A DNA stretch of 52,994 nt, taken from positions 1 to 52,994 of IMG/VR virus record IMGVR_UViG_3300034104_003611; one strand, 5' to 3'. This DNA comes from a virus (Duplodnaviria > Caudoviricetes). Below, piece by piece: positions 19,011 through 29,453 of this stretch. The notes beneath the pieces were generated by a model. The model saw only the letters and a program-made list of their open reading frames with translations, was not told where the DNA came from and made no database searches. Positions within the stretch are counted from its first letter, which is position 1; each line of letters opens with the position of its first letter. The position numbers were made by a program, and so were the translations under genes.

Positions 19011-20533
19011 TGGCTGACCAGAAGATTGTCCAGGAGCTCCAGGGCCTCGCCCCCAGCGCCATCATCGAGCTGTTTGAGCTCCGCCTGGTGGCGGCGCTGC
19101 ACGGCTCCAGTGACGTGTACCGGTTCCATGCCGGCGTGAACGGCAAGAGTGACGGCGGCAACATCATTTGGGCCGGTCAGACCTACTCCGCCTTCCCCGT
19201 GGAGGCGACGGGCTTTGAGTGGTCCGGCTCCGGTCAGCTCCCCAAGCCCAAGCTGGTGGTGGCGAACGTCATGGGCACGCTCACCGCCATTTTGCTGGCC
19301 GTGAACGCCATCACCCCGGGCAATGACCTCCTGGGCGCCAAGGTGATCCGCCGCCGGACGCTGGCCAAGTACCTGGATGCCGCCAATTTCACTGGCGGCA
19401 ATGCTTCAGCGGACAGCACCGCCGAGTTCCCCGAGGAGATCTACTACATCAGCCGCAAGATCAGCGAGACCCGCGACGTGGTGGAGTTTGAGCTGGCGGC
19501 CACCTTTGACCTCCAGGGCGTCCGTGCGCCCAAGCGCAGGTGCATCAGCAACGTCTGCCAGTGGAACTACCGGGACGCCACCACCTGCGGCTACAACCGG
19601 GCCTCCTACTTCACCGCGGAAGACAAGACCATCCACACCGGCAGTGGCGCCCCGGACGGAGACCTGGGCGCCAACGGTGACTTTTACTACGACCTCGCCA
19701 ACGACCTCTACTACGGCCCCAAGGCAGGCCCGTGGGGCAGCGGGGTGCCCAAGAGCAGTGTGCTGGACGTGGACGTGTGCGGCAAGACGCTGGACAGCTG
19801 TGACCTCCGCTTCGGGCCGGCACGGGTGACTGGGACCGTCACTCAAGGCAGCACCACCTTGGGCAGCCTCAGCACCACAGAGCTCAGCCGGATTGCGGTG
19901 GGCGACCCCATCCGCGGTCACGGCCTCCCCTCCAACGCCACAGTGGCCGGCAAGAGCAGCAGCTCGCTCACGCTCTCGGTGGCAGCCACCTCCGGCACCA
20001 CCGTCACCAAGACCGGCACCGTTCTGGTGGCCGTGTCCGGCGTGGAAGACGGCACCACCATGACCGTCTCCAGCACCACAGGGCTGGTCCCGGGCATGGT
20101 CGTCAGCGGCGCCAACATCCCCTCCGGCACTCGCATCTCATCCATTGACGGCACCACGCTCACGCTCAGCATCTCTGAGAACACCGCACTGCGCGGAGCA
20201 TCTGTCACCCGCACCGGTACGTTTGAGCGGAGCTACTTCGGCTACCGGATCAACCTGAGCGACACCAGCGGGATCGGAGTCGGGTCCATCGTCACCGGCG
20301 AGAAGATCCGGAAGGGAACCAAGGTTGAATCACTCAATGCCGGTAGCTACGTCATGATCAACAAGGAGCCGCAGGCGGATGACGGCGACCAGCTGACGGC
20401 CACGTTCTACACGGGCCTGGTCCCAACCTCCTCCACCTACACCTTCACCGGCTCCACCGCCTACACCGTCCGCCCCCGTGATCTGGCGTCGTATCCCTAC
20501 GGTTCCTTCCCCGGCGTGGGAGGCTACGTGTGA
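19010..20533 (+). CDS. Minor tail protein L with inserted beta-rich repeats
   Basis: [44 protein letters not shown] and YGSFPG. Confidence 0.88.
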   Translation: MADQKIVQELQGLAPSAIIELFELRLVAALHGSSDVYRFHAGVNGKSDGGNIIWAGQTYSAFPVEATGFEWSGSGQLPKPKLVVANVMGTLTAILLAVNAITPGNDLLGAKVIRRRTLAKYLDAANFTGGNASADSTAEFPEEIYYISRKISETRDVVEFELAATFDLQGVRAPKRRCISNVCQWNYRDATTCGYNRASYFTAEDKTIHTGSGAPDGDLGANGDFYYDLANDLYYGPKAGPWGSGVPKSSVLDVDVCGKTLDSCDLRFGPARVTGTVTQGSTTLGSLSTTELSRIAVGDPIRGHGLPSNATVAGKSSSSLTLSVAATSGTTVTKTGTVLVAVSGVEDGTTMTVSSTTGLVPGMVVSGANIPSGTRISSIDGTTLTLSISENTALRGASVTRTGTFERSYFGYRINLSDTSGIGVGSIVTGEKIRKGTKVESLNAGSYVMINKEPQADDGDQLTATFYTGLVPTSSTYTFTGSTAYTVRPRDLASYPYGSFPGVGGYV

Positions 20534-21246
20534 TCAGTGCTGCGGTGCAGGCTGCGGCGCTGGCTCACGCCAAGGCGGAGGACCCGCGTGAGGCGTGCGG
20601 CCTGGTTGCGGTGATCAAAGGCCGGGAGCGGTATGTCCCCTGCTCCAACCTGGCCGAGGGTGACGAGTTCTTCATCCTGGACCCGGACGACTGGGCCAGA
20701 ACGGAGGATCGCGGTGAGATCCTGGCGGTGGTTCATAGCCACCCGCACACCCCGCCGGAACCCAGCACGGCAGACCGCGTGGCGTGTGAAGCGTCTGGGC
20801 TCCCGTGGTGGATCGTCAACCCGCGCACCGGTGAGTGGGGCGGCTGCCGTCCGGAGGGATACCAGGCTCCGCTCACGGGACGCTGCTGGGTGTGGGGCGT
20901 GACGGACTGCTGGACGCTGGCCCGCGACTGGTACGCCCGGGAGTTGGAGCTGGAGCTGCCCGACTTTGAGCGGCCGGCCAAGGCGGCTGACTTCCTGGCG
21001 GACCCCCTCTTTGACCAGTGCTGGCCGCAGGCGGGCTTCCGGGAGCTGACGGCAGCGGAGCAGCTCCGCCACGGTGACTTCCTGCTCATCTCCCTGGGAT
21101 CCCCGGGCCTCAATCACTGCGCGGTCTACCTGGGTCAGCAGGAGATCCTCCACCACGTTGAGGGCCGGCTCAGCAGCCGCGATCAGCTGGGTGGCTGGCT
21201 CTTAGAATCGGTCGGGAGGAGGCTGCGCCATGCTTCGCAGGATTAA
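20530..21246 (+). CDS. Tail tip protein K (JAB/MPN plus NlpC/P60)
   Basis: EACGLV, VHSHP..PSTAD, DCWTL and NHCAVYLG. Confidence 0.92.
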   Translation: MISAAVQAAALAHAKAEDPREACGLVAVIKGRERYVPCSNLAEGDEFFILDPDDWARTEDRGEILAVVHSHPHTPPEPSTADRVACEASGLPWWIVNPRTGEWGGCRPEGYQAPLTGRCWVWGVTDCWTLARDWYARELELELPDFERPAKAADFLADPLFDQCWPQAGFRELTAAEQLRHGDFLLISLGSPGLNHCAVYLGQQEILHHVEGRLSSRDQLGGWLLESVGRRLRHASQD

Positions 21247-21838
21247 GCTCTACGGCCCACTGGCGAAGTTCATCGGAAAGCGGGAGCTCCAGGCCGATGT
21301 AGCTACCCCCGCCGAGGCAGTGCGCTTCCTGGTGGCCAACTGGCCGGAGCTGGAGAAGCACATGGCCGACCAGTTCTACAAGGTGGCTCTGGGCAAGGAG
21401 GAGCTGGAGATTGGAGACCACCCGGAGCAGCTCCACTACCCAGCTGGACAAAGTGACATTCGGATCATCCCCGTGGCCGCCGGCGCCGGCAAGATTGGGC
21501 GGATCCTGGCCGGCGTGGCGCTGATTGCGCTGACCATCGTGACGGGTGGCTTTGGCGGTGCGGCCATCGGCCTGTTTGGCGCCGGCACCATGACGGTCGC
21601 CAGCCTGGCGGTGGGAATTGGTGCCAGCCTGATCCTGGGAGGTGTGGCGGAGCTGCTGATGCCGGTGCCCAAGCCGCCAACCGTGGGGCGAGACTCGGAA
21701 GACGACCCCCGCAAGTCCTACAGCTTCAGCGGCATCCAGAACACCGCACGCAACGGCGTGCCGGTGCCCATCGTCTACGGGCAGACCTTGGTTGGTTCGG
21801 TTACGGTCAGCCAAGCTGTTGATGTGGCGGACATCTGA
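21230..21838 (+). CDS. Tail assembly protein I
   Basis: [12 protein letters not shown], Gly-rich hydrophobic segment and GVPVPIVYG. Confidence 0.9.
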   Translation: MLRRIKLYGPLAKFIGKRELQADVATPAEAVRFLVANWPELEKHMADQFYKVALGKEELEIGDHPEQLHYPAGQSDIRIIPVAAGAGKIGRILAGVALIALTIVTGGFGGAAIGLFGAGTMTVASLAVGIGASLILGGVAELLMPVPKPPTVGRDSEDDPRKSYSFSGIQNTARNGVPVPIVYGQTLVGSVTVSQAVDVADI

Positions 21839-24800
21839 TGCCTGAAACCGACAGAGACAATCTCAACAACACGTCCTACGCCGAGATCATTGACTTGATC
21901 TCGGAGGGTGAGATTGAGGGTTTTGCTACTCCCTCCGCCGCAGGGATGACCCGCGACACGGCTGAATACAACCTGGCGCTGCTGAAGGACATTTATCTCA
22001 ACAACACGCAGATCCTCACGCAAACTGAAACGGTCCGGACCGGCACCTACACCCAATCTGGCGGCAACATTGTCGTCACCTTCGCCAACCACCGCTTCGC
22101 GGTAGGGCAAAAGATCAGCCTGTGGATCAACTCCGGCGCAGCGGCAGGTGCCGGGGAGCTCCGCACTGTCACGTCCGTCACCAGCAACACCTTCACCCTT
22201 GCAGCCAGCGGAGCCAGCACCGCCAGCGGCAGTTGCGCGTTTGTGCGCGGGAGCGCCTACAACTTCGTCGGCGCGACAGTCCGCACCCGCTACGGCACCC
22301 GCACTCAGCGGGTGATGGTGCTGCCCACCGGCAGCGGCTACGTCAGCAACGAGGTCCCGGTCAATGAGGTGATTGAGAGGGACTACCCCATCGTCCGGAT
22401 GATCACGGACGAGAGCGTGGACACGGTGCGCGTCACCATCGCCGTCCCCCAGCTTCAGCAGTTTGACTCGGACGGGGACATTCGCGGGCAGAGCTTCCAG
22501 TTCGCCATTGATGTTCAGTACGACGGCGGGCCGTGGTCTTCAGTCCGCAACTCCCCTTTTACCGTCAAAGGCCGCACCGCGGACCTGTACCAGCGCGACT
22601 ACATGATCACGCTGGATGAAGACGCCAACTATCCCGTTGGGATCCGCGTGCGCCGGCTCTCCGCAGATTCAACCAACCCCAAGTACATCAACGCCTTCAC
22701 CTGGTCTTCCTACACCGAGATCACATCCCGGCGCCTCCGCTATCCGCACAGCGCACTGGTGGGGATGCGGGTGAATGCGGAGCAGTTCAACTCCATCCCG
22801 ACCCGCGCCTACCTGATCCGCGGGCGGAAGATCAAGCTGCCGTCCAACGCTGAGGTCAACCTGTCCAGCGGCCGCGTGACCTATACGGGCGTGTGGGATG
22901 GGACCTTTGCCGCAGCCGAGCAGTGGTGCAGTGATCCGGCGTGGATCCTCTACGACCTCCTGCTGTCCAAGCGGTACGGGTTTGGGGATCACGTCACCGC
23001 CGCCAGCTTGGACAAGTGGGCGTTCTACTCCGCCAGCCAATACTGCAACGAGCTGGTCCCAACCGGCTTCGGCGGCACCGAGCCGCGCTTCAGCTGCAAC
23101 GTCAACATCCAGACCTCGGAGGAGGCTTTCAAGCTCATCAACGACCTGTGCTCCGTCTTCCGGGCCATGCCGTACTGGAGCACCGGCGCCCTGACGCTGG
23201 GCCAGGACCGGCCAGCCAGCCCCGCCTACCTGTTCACGCTGGCGAACGTGGACGAGGCCGGTTTCACCTACACCGGCAGCGACACCCGCGTGCGCCCCAC
23301 CGTGGCGTTGGTTTCCTACCTGGACCTGGACACCCGGGAGATTTCCTACGAGCAGGTGGAAGACCGCGCCGCGATTGCCAAGTACGGCGTCCAGACCACC
23401 CAGATTTCGGCGTTCGCCTGCACCTCCCGCGGCCAAGCAAACCGCATTGGTGAGTGGCTGCTGTACTCCGCGCAGTACGAGACCGAGGTGGTGAAGTTCA
23501 CCGCCAGCATTGATGCCGGCACGGTGGTGCGTCCGGGGCAGATCATTGAGATAGCGGACCCGGTGCGGGCCGGCGTGCGCCGCGGCGGGCGTATTGCCGC
23601 GGCCACTACCACCACCATCACGGTGGACAGTGCCACGGACCTCCCCGGGAGCGGCGGGACCGTCTCCGTGATCATGAAGGACGGCACGGTGCAAAGCCGC
23701 ACCATGACCGGCCGCAGTGGCACCGTCATCACCCTCAGCAGCGCACTGACCGCAGCACCAGGCGTCAACTCCGTCTGGGTCTACAGCGGCGGTGGTGCGC
23801 AGACCTCGCAGTGGCGGGTGATTGCGGTTGAGGAGGAGGACGGCCTGCGCTACGGCGTCACCGCACTCTCCTACAACGGCAGCAAGTACGCCTATGTGGA
23901 GCGGGACCGGCCGTTGGCGTTCCGCGATGTCACTCAGCTGGACCAGGTGCCGGCTGCTCCCACTGGCCTGAAGCTGTCTGAAACGCTCTACACCTACCAA
24001 GCAGAGGTGCGGGCGAAGGTGATTGCTAACTGGCAGCCGCGCTCCGGCGTGAACTACTACCGGGTGCGGTGGCGCAAGGGCAACGGCAACTGGAACACCG
24101 TCACCGTCCAAGGGCCTGACTACGAGATCCTGAACATCAGCCCAGGCGAGTTTGACCTGGAGATCTACAGCCTCAGCGCCACCGGCAAGGCGTCGTCCTC
24201 AGCCCTGACGGGGACCATCAATGCGCTGGGCAAGACCGCTCCACCCAGCAACGTCACCGGGCTGACGGCGGTGATCGACAAGGACCTGGGCGTGACGCTC
24301 AGCTGGACCCCGGTGACGGACCTGGACCTGAAGGACTACGAGATCAGGTCCGGCGGCAACAACTGGGAGGATTCCAGCTTCCTGGCCTACGTCAAGACCA
24401 GCCGCTATGTGCTGGGCCTGCTGGACCCGAGCACCACTGTCTACCGGGTCAAGGCACGGGACACCAGCAACGTGGTGAGCCAGACGGCCGCCAGCCGCAC
24501 CGTGACCATCACTCCGCCTGGTGCTCCATCTGTCTCGTTCAGCATTGAGGATCCGGTCGCGGCCATCACCTGGACCACGCCCACCGGCAGCTACACCCCT
24601 GACTACTACGAGCTCCGCTACGGCGGGACCTTTGGCGCCGGCACGTCCGTGGCGCGGGTCTACGGCAACAGCTTCAACGTTCCAATCACCTGGACCGGTT
24701 CCCGGACGTTCTGGGTAGCAGGCGTGGACCCCGCTGGGAACACGGGCACTGCCGGATCAGTAGTGGTCGCCACCACGGCGGCCGCAGCCCCTTCTGTTTC

Positions 24801-26316
24801 TGCCGCGTTCTACGGCCGGACCTGCGCCCTGACCTGGAACCCGGTCAGCGGCAGCCTCCGGACGGTGTTCTACGAGATCCGGCAGGGAAGCACGTGGGCT
24901 GCCGCCACCAAGGTGGCCAAGATCAGCTCAGACGGCACCGGCTACTCCCTGGACGCCAGCTGGTCTGGCGCCCGGACGTTCTGGGTGGCGGCGGTGGATG
25001 CGGTGGGGAACTACGGCACCCCCGGCAGCGTGGTAGCGACCGTGGTGCCGGCTCCGGCGCCATCGCTGAGCACAGCCTTCAACGGCGGTGAGGTCCAGAT
25101 CAGCTGGCAACCGGTGCGGGGCACGCTGGAGGTGGCCTACTACGAGGTACGCCGCGGCAGCACCTTCGCCACCGCCACGCTCCAGGGTCGGGTGAACGCC
25201 ACCTACTTCGCCAAGATTGTGGACTGGGGCCAATCCGAGCGGTTCTGGGTGGTAGCCGTGGACATCAACGGCCTCTACAGCGGATCCTCCGGCTACGGCA
25301 CGGAAGTGTCCGTCGACATTGTGGTTCCGGCTCCCAGTCAGCCGACGATCACGCAGCAGGTGGTGGACAACAACGTCCTACTGCGCTGGACCGACTGCAC
25401 CACCGTGTTGCCGGTGAACACCTTTGAGCTCCGCCGGGGAGCAACCTGGGAGACTGCCGCGGTCATCGGCACCAAGTCCGGATTGTTCACGACCGTCTTT
25501 GAGACGGTGGCGGGCTCGTTCAAGTACTGGCTGGCGGCGATTGACACCGCAGGCAATTACGGCACTCCCGGAAGCGTCGTAGCCAGCGTCAACCATCCGC
25601 CCGACTACGTCCTGAAACTGGACCAGAACTCAACCTTCAGCGGCACCAAGGTCAACGCCAAGCTGGATGCGGGCATACTGACGCTGGGCCTGGATCTGAC
25701 TGAGACGTATCAGGATCATTTCACCAGCCGGAGCTGGACCACTCCTCAGCAGCAGATCAACGCTGGGTTTCCTCGCTGGGTGATGCCGTCCACCACTTCT
25801 GCCTCCTACGAGGAGATCGTGGACTACGGCGCGGTGGTGCCATCCAGCAAGGTTGCTCAGGTCCTGACCAGCACCGTGGTGGCCGGGGCGTTCTCCGTGA
25901 CGCCCAAGATCAGCGTGCGCAAGCTGACCACCGATGCGTGGACTGACTACGCCGGAGTGGATCAGGTCTACACCACTGATTTCCGCTACATCAAGTTCCG
26001 GTACGACTTCAGCAGTTCCGGCGGCGATGACTTGATGGAGCTGACCAGCCTGAACTACCGGCTGGACTCCAAGCTGCGGAACGACTTTGGAACGGCCACC
26101 GCGAACGCCGGTGATACAGGTGGAACCACGGTGAACTTCACCATCAACTTCGTTGACGTGGAAGCCATCAGCGTGACACCGTCCGGGACCGTCCCCAGGA
26201 TCGCCATCTATGATTTCGTGGACGCCCCTAACCCGACGAGCTTCAAGGTGCTGCTCTTTGACACCAGCGGCAACCGCGTGAGCGGGGCGTTCAGCTGGAG
26301 CGCCCGAGGAGTCTAA
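21838..26316 (+). CDS. Tail tip / central fibre protein J with FN3-like repeats
   Basis: DLISEGEIEG, YPHSALVG, WCSDPAWILYDLL and EPRFSCN; repeated YEIR.G..FWVAAVD units. Confidence 0.93.
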   Translation: MPETDRDNLNNTSYAEIIDLISEGEIEGFATPSAAGMTRDTAEYNLALLKDIYLNNTQILTQTETVRTGTYTQSGGNIVVTFANHRFAVGQKISLWINSGAAAGAGELRTVTSVTSNTFTLAASGASTASGSCAFVRGSAYNFVGATVRTRYGTRTQRVMVLPTGSGYVSNEVPVNEVIERDYPIVRMITDESVDTVRVTIAVPQLQQFDSDGDIRGQSFQFAIDVQYDGGPWSSVRNSPFTVKGRTADLYQRDYMITLDEDANYPVGIRVRRLSADSTNPKYINAFTWSSYTEITSRRLRYPHSALVGMRVNAEQFNSIPTRAYLIRGRKIKLPSNAEVNLSSGRVTYTGVWDGTFAAAEQWCSDPAWILYDLLLSKRYGFGDHVTAASLDKWAFYSASQYCNELVPTGFGGTEPRFSCNVNIQTSEEAFKLINDLCSVFRAMPYWSTGALTLGQDRPASPAYLFTLANVDEAGFTYTGSDTRVRPTVALVSYLDLDTREISYEQVEDRAAIAKYGVQTTQISAFACTSRGQANRIGEWLLYSAQYETEVVKFTASIDAGTVVRPGQIIEIADPVRAGVRRGGRIAAATTTTITVDSATDLPGSGGTVSVIMKDGTVQSRTMTGRSGTVITLSSALTAAPGVNSVWVYSGGGAQTSQWRVIAVEEEDGLRYGVTALSYNGSKYAYVERDRPLAFRDVTQLDQVPAAPTGLKLSETLYTYQAEVRAKVIANWQPRSGVNYYRVRWRKGNGNWNTVTVQGPDYEILNISPGEFDLEIYSLSATGKASSSALTGTINALGKTAPPSNVTGLTAVIDKDLGVTLSWTPVTDLDLKDYEIRSGGNNWEDSSFLAYVKTSRYVLGLLDPSTTVYRVKARDTSNVVSQTAASRTVTITPPGAPSVSFSIEDPVAAITWTTPTGSYTPDYYELRYGGTFGAGTSVARVYGNSFNVPITWTGSRTFWVAGVDPAGNTGTAGSVVVATTAAAAPSVSAAFYGRTCALTWNPVSGSLRTVFYEIRQGSTWAAATKVAKISSDGTGYSLDASWSGARTFWVAAVDAVGNYGTPGSVVATVVPAPAPSLSTAFNGGEVQISWQPVRGTLEVAYYEVRRGSTFATATLQGRVNATYFAKIVDWGQSERFWVVAVDINGLYSGSSGYGTEVSVDIVVPAPSQPTITQQVVDNNVLLRWTDCTTVLPVNTFELRRGATWETAAVIGTKSGLFTTVFETVAGSFKYWLAAIDTAGNYGTPGSVVASVNHPPDYVLKLDQNSTFSGTKVNAKLDAGILTLGLDLTETYQDHFTSRSWTTPQQQINAGFPRWVMPSTTSASYEEIVDYGAVVPSSKVAQVLTSTVVAGAFSVTPKISVRKLTTDAWTDYAGVDQVYTTDFRYIKFRYDFSSSGGDDLMELTSLNYRLDSKLRNDFGTATANAGDTGGTTVNFTINFVDVEAISVTPSGTVPRIAIYDFVDAPNPTSFKVLLFDTSGNRVSGAFSWSARGV

Positions 26317-28097
26317 TGGCCAACTGGAGCAACCCCACCCTCACGTCGCTCTACACCGACTTCCTGACGGAACTGAAGGCGCGGGACGAGGACCTGGCTA
26401 AGCAGTTTGACGGCCAGACCGTCAGCAACTTGGCGACCGGGACGATCCGCTGGTCCAGTTCCGCGAACCGCTGGCAGAAGTGGACCGGCTCCGCCTGGGG
26501 TGAGCTCACCACCACCTATGCGCTGACCGGGCTCAGCACCACCGGCAACGCCAGTATTGGCGGCACGTTGACGGTGACCGGAGCGGCGGCACTGAACGGC
26601 GGCGGCACCAGCACCACCCCGGCCACGGCGGACAACACAACGGCCATCGCCACCACGGCCTACGTCAAGGCGCAGGGCTACGCCGCGCTGGCCTCCCCGA
26701 CGTTCACGGGGACCCCGGCGGCGCCGACTGCGGCCGTAGGCACCAACACGACGCAGCTGGCGACATGCGCCTACGTCAACGCTGAGATCAGCAACGATGC
26801 CGTCCTGAAGACCGGCAGCACCATGACCGGTGCGCTCCAGGTTCCCTCCGGGACGGTGAGCGCCAACGGTATCCAGGTGGGCGCGGCCGGCACGGGCCTT
26901 TACAGCCCGGGCACGGGGATCCTGGCGCTGGCGGCAGATGGCACTGAGGTGCTGCGGGTCACGGCCGCTAACGGCCTGGCACTGGGCTCCACCGGCACCA
27001 ACGTCAACGTTGGCTTCCGGCACACCAAGAACATCACCGGCGGCACCACGGCCTGGGCGCAACTGCTAGACGGCCTGGTCCAGACCGACGTGACCTCAGT
27101 TGCGGCCGGACTGGGCACCAGCATCGGCACGGCGGCCAGCACGGTCCTGACATCCCTGGTCCATTTCCAAGCCGCCACCGGGACCCTGGGCGCCAGCACT
27201 GTCATCACGAACCAGATTGGCTTCAGCGCCAGCAGCACGCTGGCCGGTGCGACGAACGACTACGGGTTCTACGGCGCCATCGGCGCCGGCACCGGCAACT
27301 GGAACTGCTACATGGTGGGCACCGCGCCCAACTACTTCGCCGGGCAGGTGCAGTTGGGCGCGGGCTCCGTCACGGCTCCGTCCCTGAGCACAAACGGTGA
27401 CACCGACACCGGCATCTACTTTCCCGCGGCGGGCCTGCTGGGCTTCACCGTTGACGGTGCGATTGCGGGTGCGTTTGACTCCTTCGGCAACCTGCGGCTC
27501 TACAACGCAGTCGGCACGTTCTACACCAACATCACCAACGCCCCGACCGCCAACCGCACGCTGGCGCTACCGGACGGCAACGTGACGCTGGTAGCCGGCA
27601 CGATGGTGCCCACCACCGGCACGGGCGCTACAGGCACCTGGGGGATCAGCATCTCGCAGAATGCGGCCACCGCGACCACGGCGACGAACTGCTCCAGGAG
27701 CGTAGTGGCCGGTAACGGTATGACAGGTGGTGGTGCTCTGACGGCTGACCGCACGGTCGCGTTGGGCACACCCGGCTCGATCACTGATGCATCCACCAAC
27801 TCAGTTTCAGCCGACAGCCACACTCACGCGCTGGCGGAGAGCTCTGTTCGGCTCCTACTTGCTGATGGCACGACCAACGGCGTCGGAACCTACGCTTGGT
27901 GCGCCACGACAGCGGCGTCGGGTGCAAAAGCTCCAAACTCGACGATTGCCGGTTCAGCCATGCGCTACGCCGACGCCGAGGATGGAACTTTCCAAACCGC
28001 CGCCCCGAGCGGCACCTGGCGCTGCATGGGCGCCACTCGCGGCCCCGCTTCCAACTACGGCACCTTTGGCACCACCCTCTGGCTGCGCATCTCCTAA
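26316..28097 (+). CDS. Side tail fibre protein
   Basis: Gly/Thr/Ala-rich; ASPTFTGTPAAPTA..TTQLAT repeats, DTDTGIYFP, and C-terminal GTWRCMG..LWLRIS. Confidence 0.85.
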   Translation: MANWSNPTLTSLYTDFLTELKARDEDLAKQFDGQTVSNLATGTIRWSSSANRWQKWTGSAWGELTTTYALTGLSTTGNASIGGTLTVTGAAALNGGGTSTTPATADNTTAIATTAYVKAQGYAALASPTFTGTPAAPTAAVGTNTTQLATCAYVNAEISNDAVLKTGSTMTGALQVPSGTVSANGIQVGAAGTGLYSPGTGILALAADGTEVLRVTAANGLALGSTGTNVNVGFRHTKNITGGTTAWAQLLDGLVQTDVTSVAAGLGTSIGTAASTVLTSLVHFQAATGTLGASTVITNQIGFSASSTLAGATNDYGFYGAIGAGTGNWNCYMVGTAPNYFAGQVQLGAGSVTAPSLSTNGDTDTGIYFPAAGLLGFTVDGAIAGAFDSFGNLRLYNAVGTFYTNITNAPTANRTLALPDGNVTLVAGTMVPTTGTGATGTWGISISQNAATATTATNCSRSVVAGNGMTGGGALTADRTVALGTPGSITDASTNSVSADSHTHALAESSVRLLLADGTTNGVGTYAWCATTAASGAKAPNSTIAGSAMRYADAEDGTFQTAAPSGTWRCMGATRGPASNYGTFGTTLWLRIS

Positions 28098-28109
28098 CAG
28101 GATCACTCG

Positions 28110-28499
28110 ATGACTTTCGACTATCGCAACCCGATCTACAACAGATTCGGAACTGTTGACTGTGAAATAAATCATCCGATCTATGGATGGATTCCATTCA
28201 CTGCATCGCCCGAAGACTCAGAACAGCACGGCCGCGATCTTTATCAGAAGATCATCGCAGAGGCGGAGATTGCTCCTGCGATTGAGCCTTCTGATGCTGA
28301 GCTCGCAGCTGAGATTCGGGCTGGGCGTGATCGGCTTCTGGCGCAGTCAGATTGGACGCAGCTGCCAGATGTTCCGGTCGCCACAGCCAAAGCGTGGGCG
28401 ACCTACCGGCAGCAGCTGCGGGACATCACCGCGCAGCCGACCTTCCCTCATAATGTGACCTTGCCTCAGCCGCCGCAACCCGAGATCACCAATGCCTGA
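28110..28499 (+). CDS. Tail fibre assembly chaperone
   Basis: GWIPFTASPED and RDRLLAQSDWTQLPD..WATYRQQLRDIT. Confidence 0.85.
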   Translation: MTFDYRNPIYNRFGTVDCEINHPIYGWIPFTASPEDSEQHGRDLYQKIIAEAEIAPAIEPSDAELAAEIRAGRDRLLAQSDWTQLPDVPVATAKAWATYRQQLRDITAQPTFPHNVTLPQPPQPEITNA

Positions 28500-28671
28500 T
28501 CCCAAGCAGAAGCTCACCGAGTTGATTGAGGCGTATGCGGTAGCACGCGCCACCGGGAATGCCTTGCTGGTCCAGTCCGCCGGAGCGGGCCTGATTGGCT
28601 TCCTGGAGACCATCACCATCACCACCGACGTAGAGGTGGAACCGGCGGAGGCGGATGGCGGTCAAGGCTAA
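28492..28671 (+). CDS. Hypothetical protein (59 aa, not in the ORF track)
   Basis: MPDPKQKLTELIEAYAVARATGN...; overlaps the upstream stop codon. Confidence 0.55.
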   Translation: MPDPKQKLTELIEAYAVARATGNALLVQSAGAGLIGFLETITITTDVEVEPAEADGGQG

Positions 28672-28807
28672 AACCGGCTCCTTGGGGCGGGTCCTGCACG
28701 TGGCGGGCCGCCCCAAGCGGACCCGCCAAGGTCGGTCCATCAACACACACCTCGGTGCAACATCCCGTAACCGGGCTAAGAAGAGGTACAGAGGCCAAGG
28801 CCGGTAG
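28655..28807 (+). CDS. Small, very basic protein (50 aa, not in the ORF track)
   Basis: MAVKAKTGSLGRVLHVAGRPKRTRQG...KKRYRGQGR. Confidence 0.6.
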   Translation: MAVKAKTGSLGRVLHVAGRPKRTRQGRSINTHLGATSRNRAKKRYRGQGR

Positions 28808-28947
28808 TGGACCACGAAAACCGCGAGAACTGGCGCAAGATCAAGGAGGCGCTGGAAGCCGCGGGCAAAACCGATAACTGGTACTACCGGCGTGCCGTTG
28901 CCATCCTCAACGGCCTGCCGGATCCTCTGGCTCACCCCTCGGTATGA
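28807..28947 (+). CDS. Small hypothetical protein (46 aa, not in the ORF track)
   Basis: GTG overlaps the upstream TAG; RENWRKIKEALEAAGKTDNWYYRRA. Confidence 0.55.
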   Translation: MDHENRENWRKIKEALEAAGKTDNWYYRRAVAILNGLPDPLAHPSV

Positions 28948-28970
28948 TCCAGGGATCGGGCAGCGGCCAC

Positions 28971-29243
28971 ATGGAGCGCGAAGTATCTCACGCTGAGATC
29001 TACCGGGAGCTGGGAGTGCTCCAGGGCAAGATGGACAGCCTGCTGCTCCATCGCACCAAGGACGAGCAGGACAAGACAGACGTGTTTCGCCGTCTGGGCA
29101 TCCTGGAGAACCGCATGGCGCAGGTGCTGCTGATTGCGGTGCTGGCCAGCTTGATCCTCCCCTCCATCATTTCCTTCATCACAGAGCGGACCCGCCTGGA
29201 GCTGCATCAGGCCCCGGCTCCCGCTTTGACGCCATCTCGATAA
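28971..29243 (+). CDS. Membrane-anchored coiled-coil protein (lysis module)
   Basis: Coiled coil followed by one hydrophobic helix. Confidence 0.55.
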   Translation: MEREVSHAEIYRELGVLQGKMDSLLLHRTKDEQDKTDVFRRLGILENRMAQVLLIAVLASLILPSIISFITERTRLELHQAPAPALTPSR

Positions 29244-29267
29244 CCTGGGGGCACCCGAGCCAGCCCG

Positions 29268-29453
29268 ATGGACCGCTTTGCTGACTACATCGCTTTGATC
29301 GTTGCCATTCACGGTGTGGCCGTGGTGATCGTCAACATGACGCCCACCCCCAAGGACAACGAGGCGCTGACCACCTACACCAGGCTGGGCGTGAAGCTGT
29401 ACCGGGCGCTGGAGATCCTGGCCGGCATCATCACCCCCCTGGCTAAGCGATGA
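29268..29453 (+). CDS. Putative holin
   Basis: 61 aa, hydrophobic, TPTPKDN; ATGA overlap with the endolysin. Confidence 0.65.
   Translation: MDRFADYIALIVAIHGVAVVIVNMTPTPKDNEALTTYTRLGVKLYRALEILAGIITPLAKR

Noticed and set aside
26316-28499. Tail fibre diversification by a DGR or invertase
   Set aside because: No reverse transcriptase, template/variable repeat pair or serine invertase seen.
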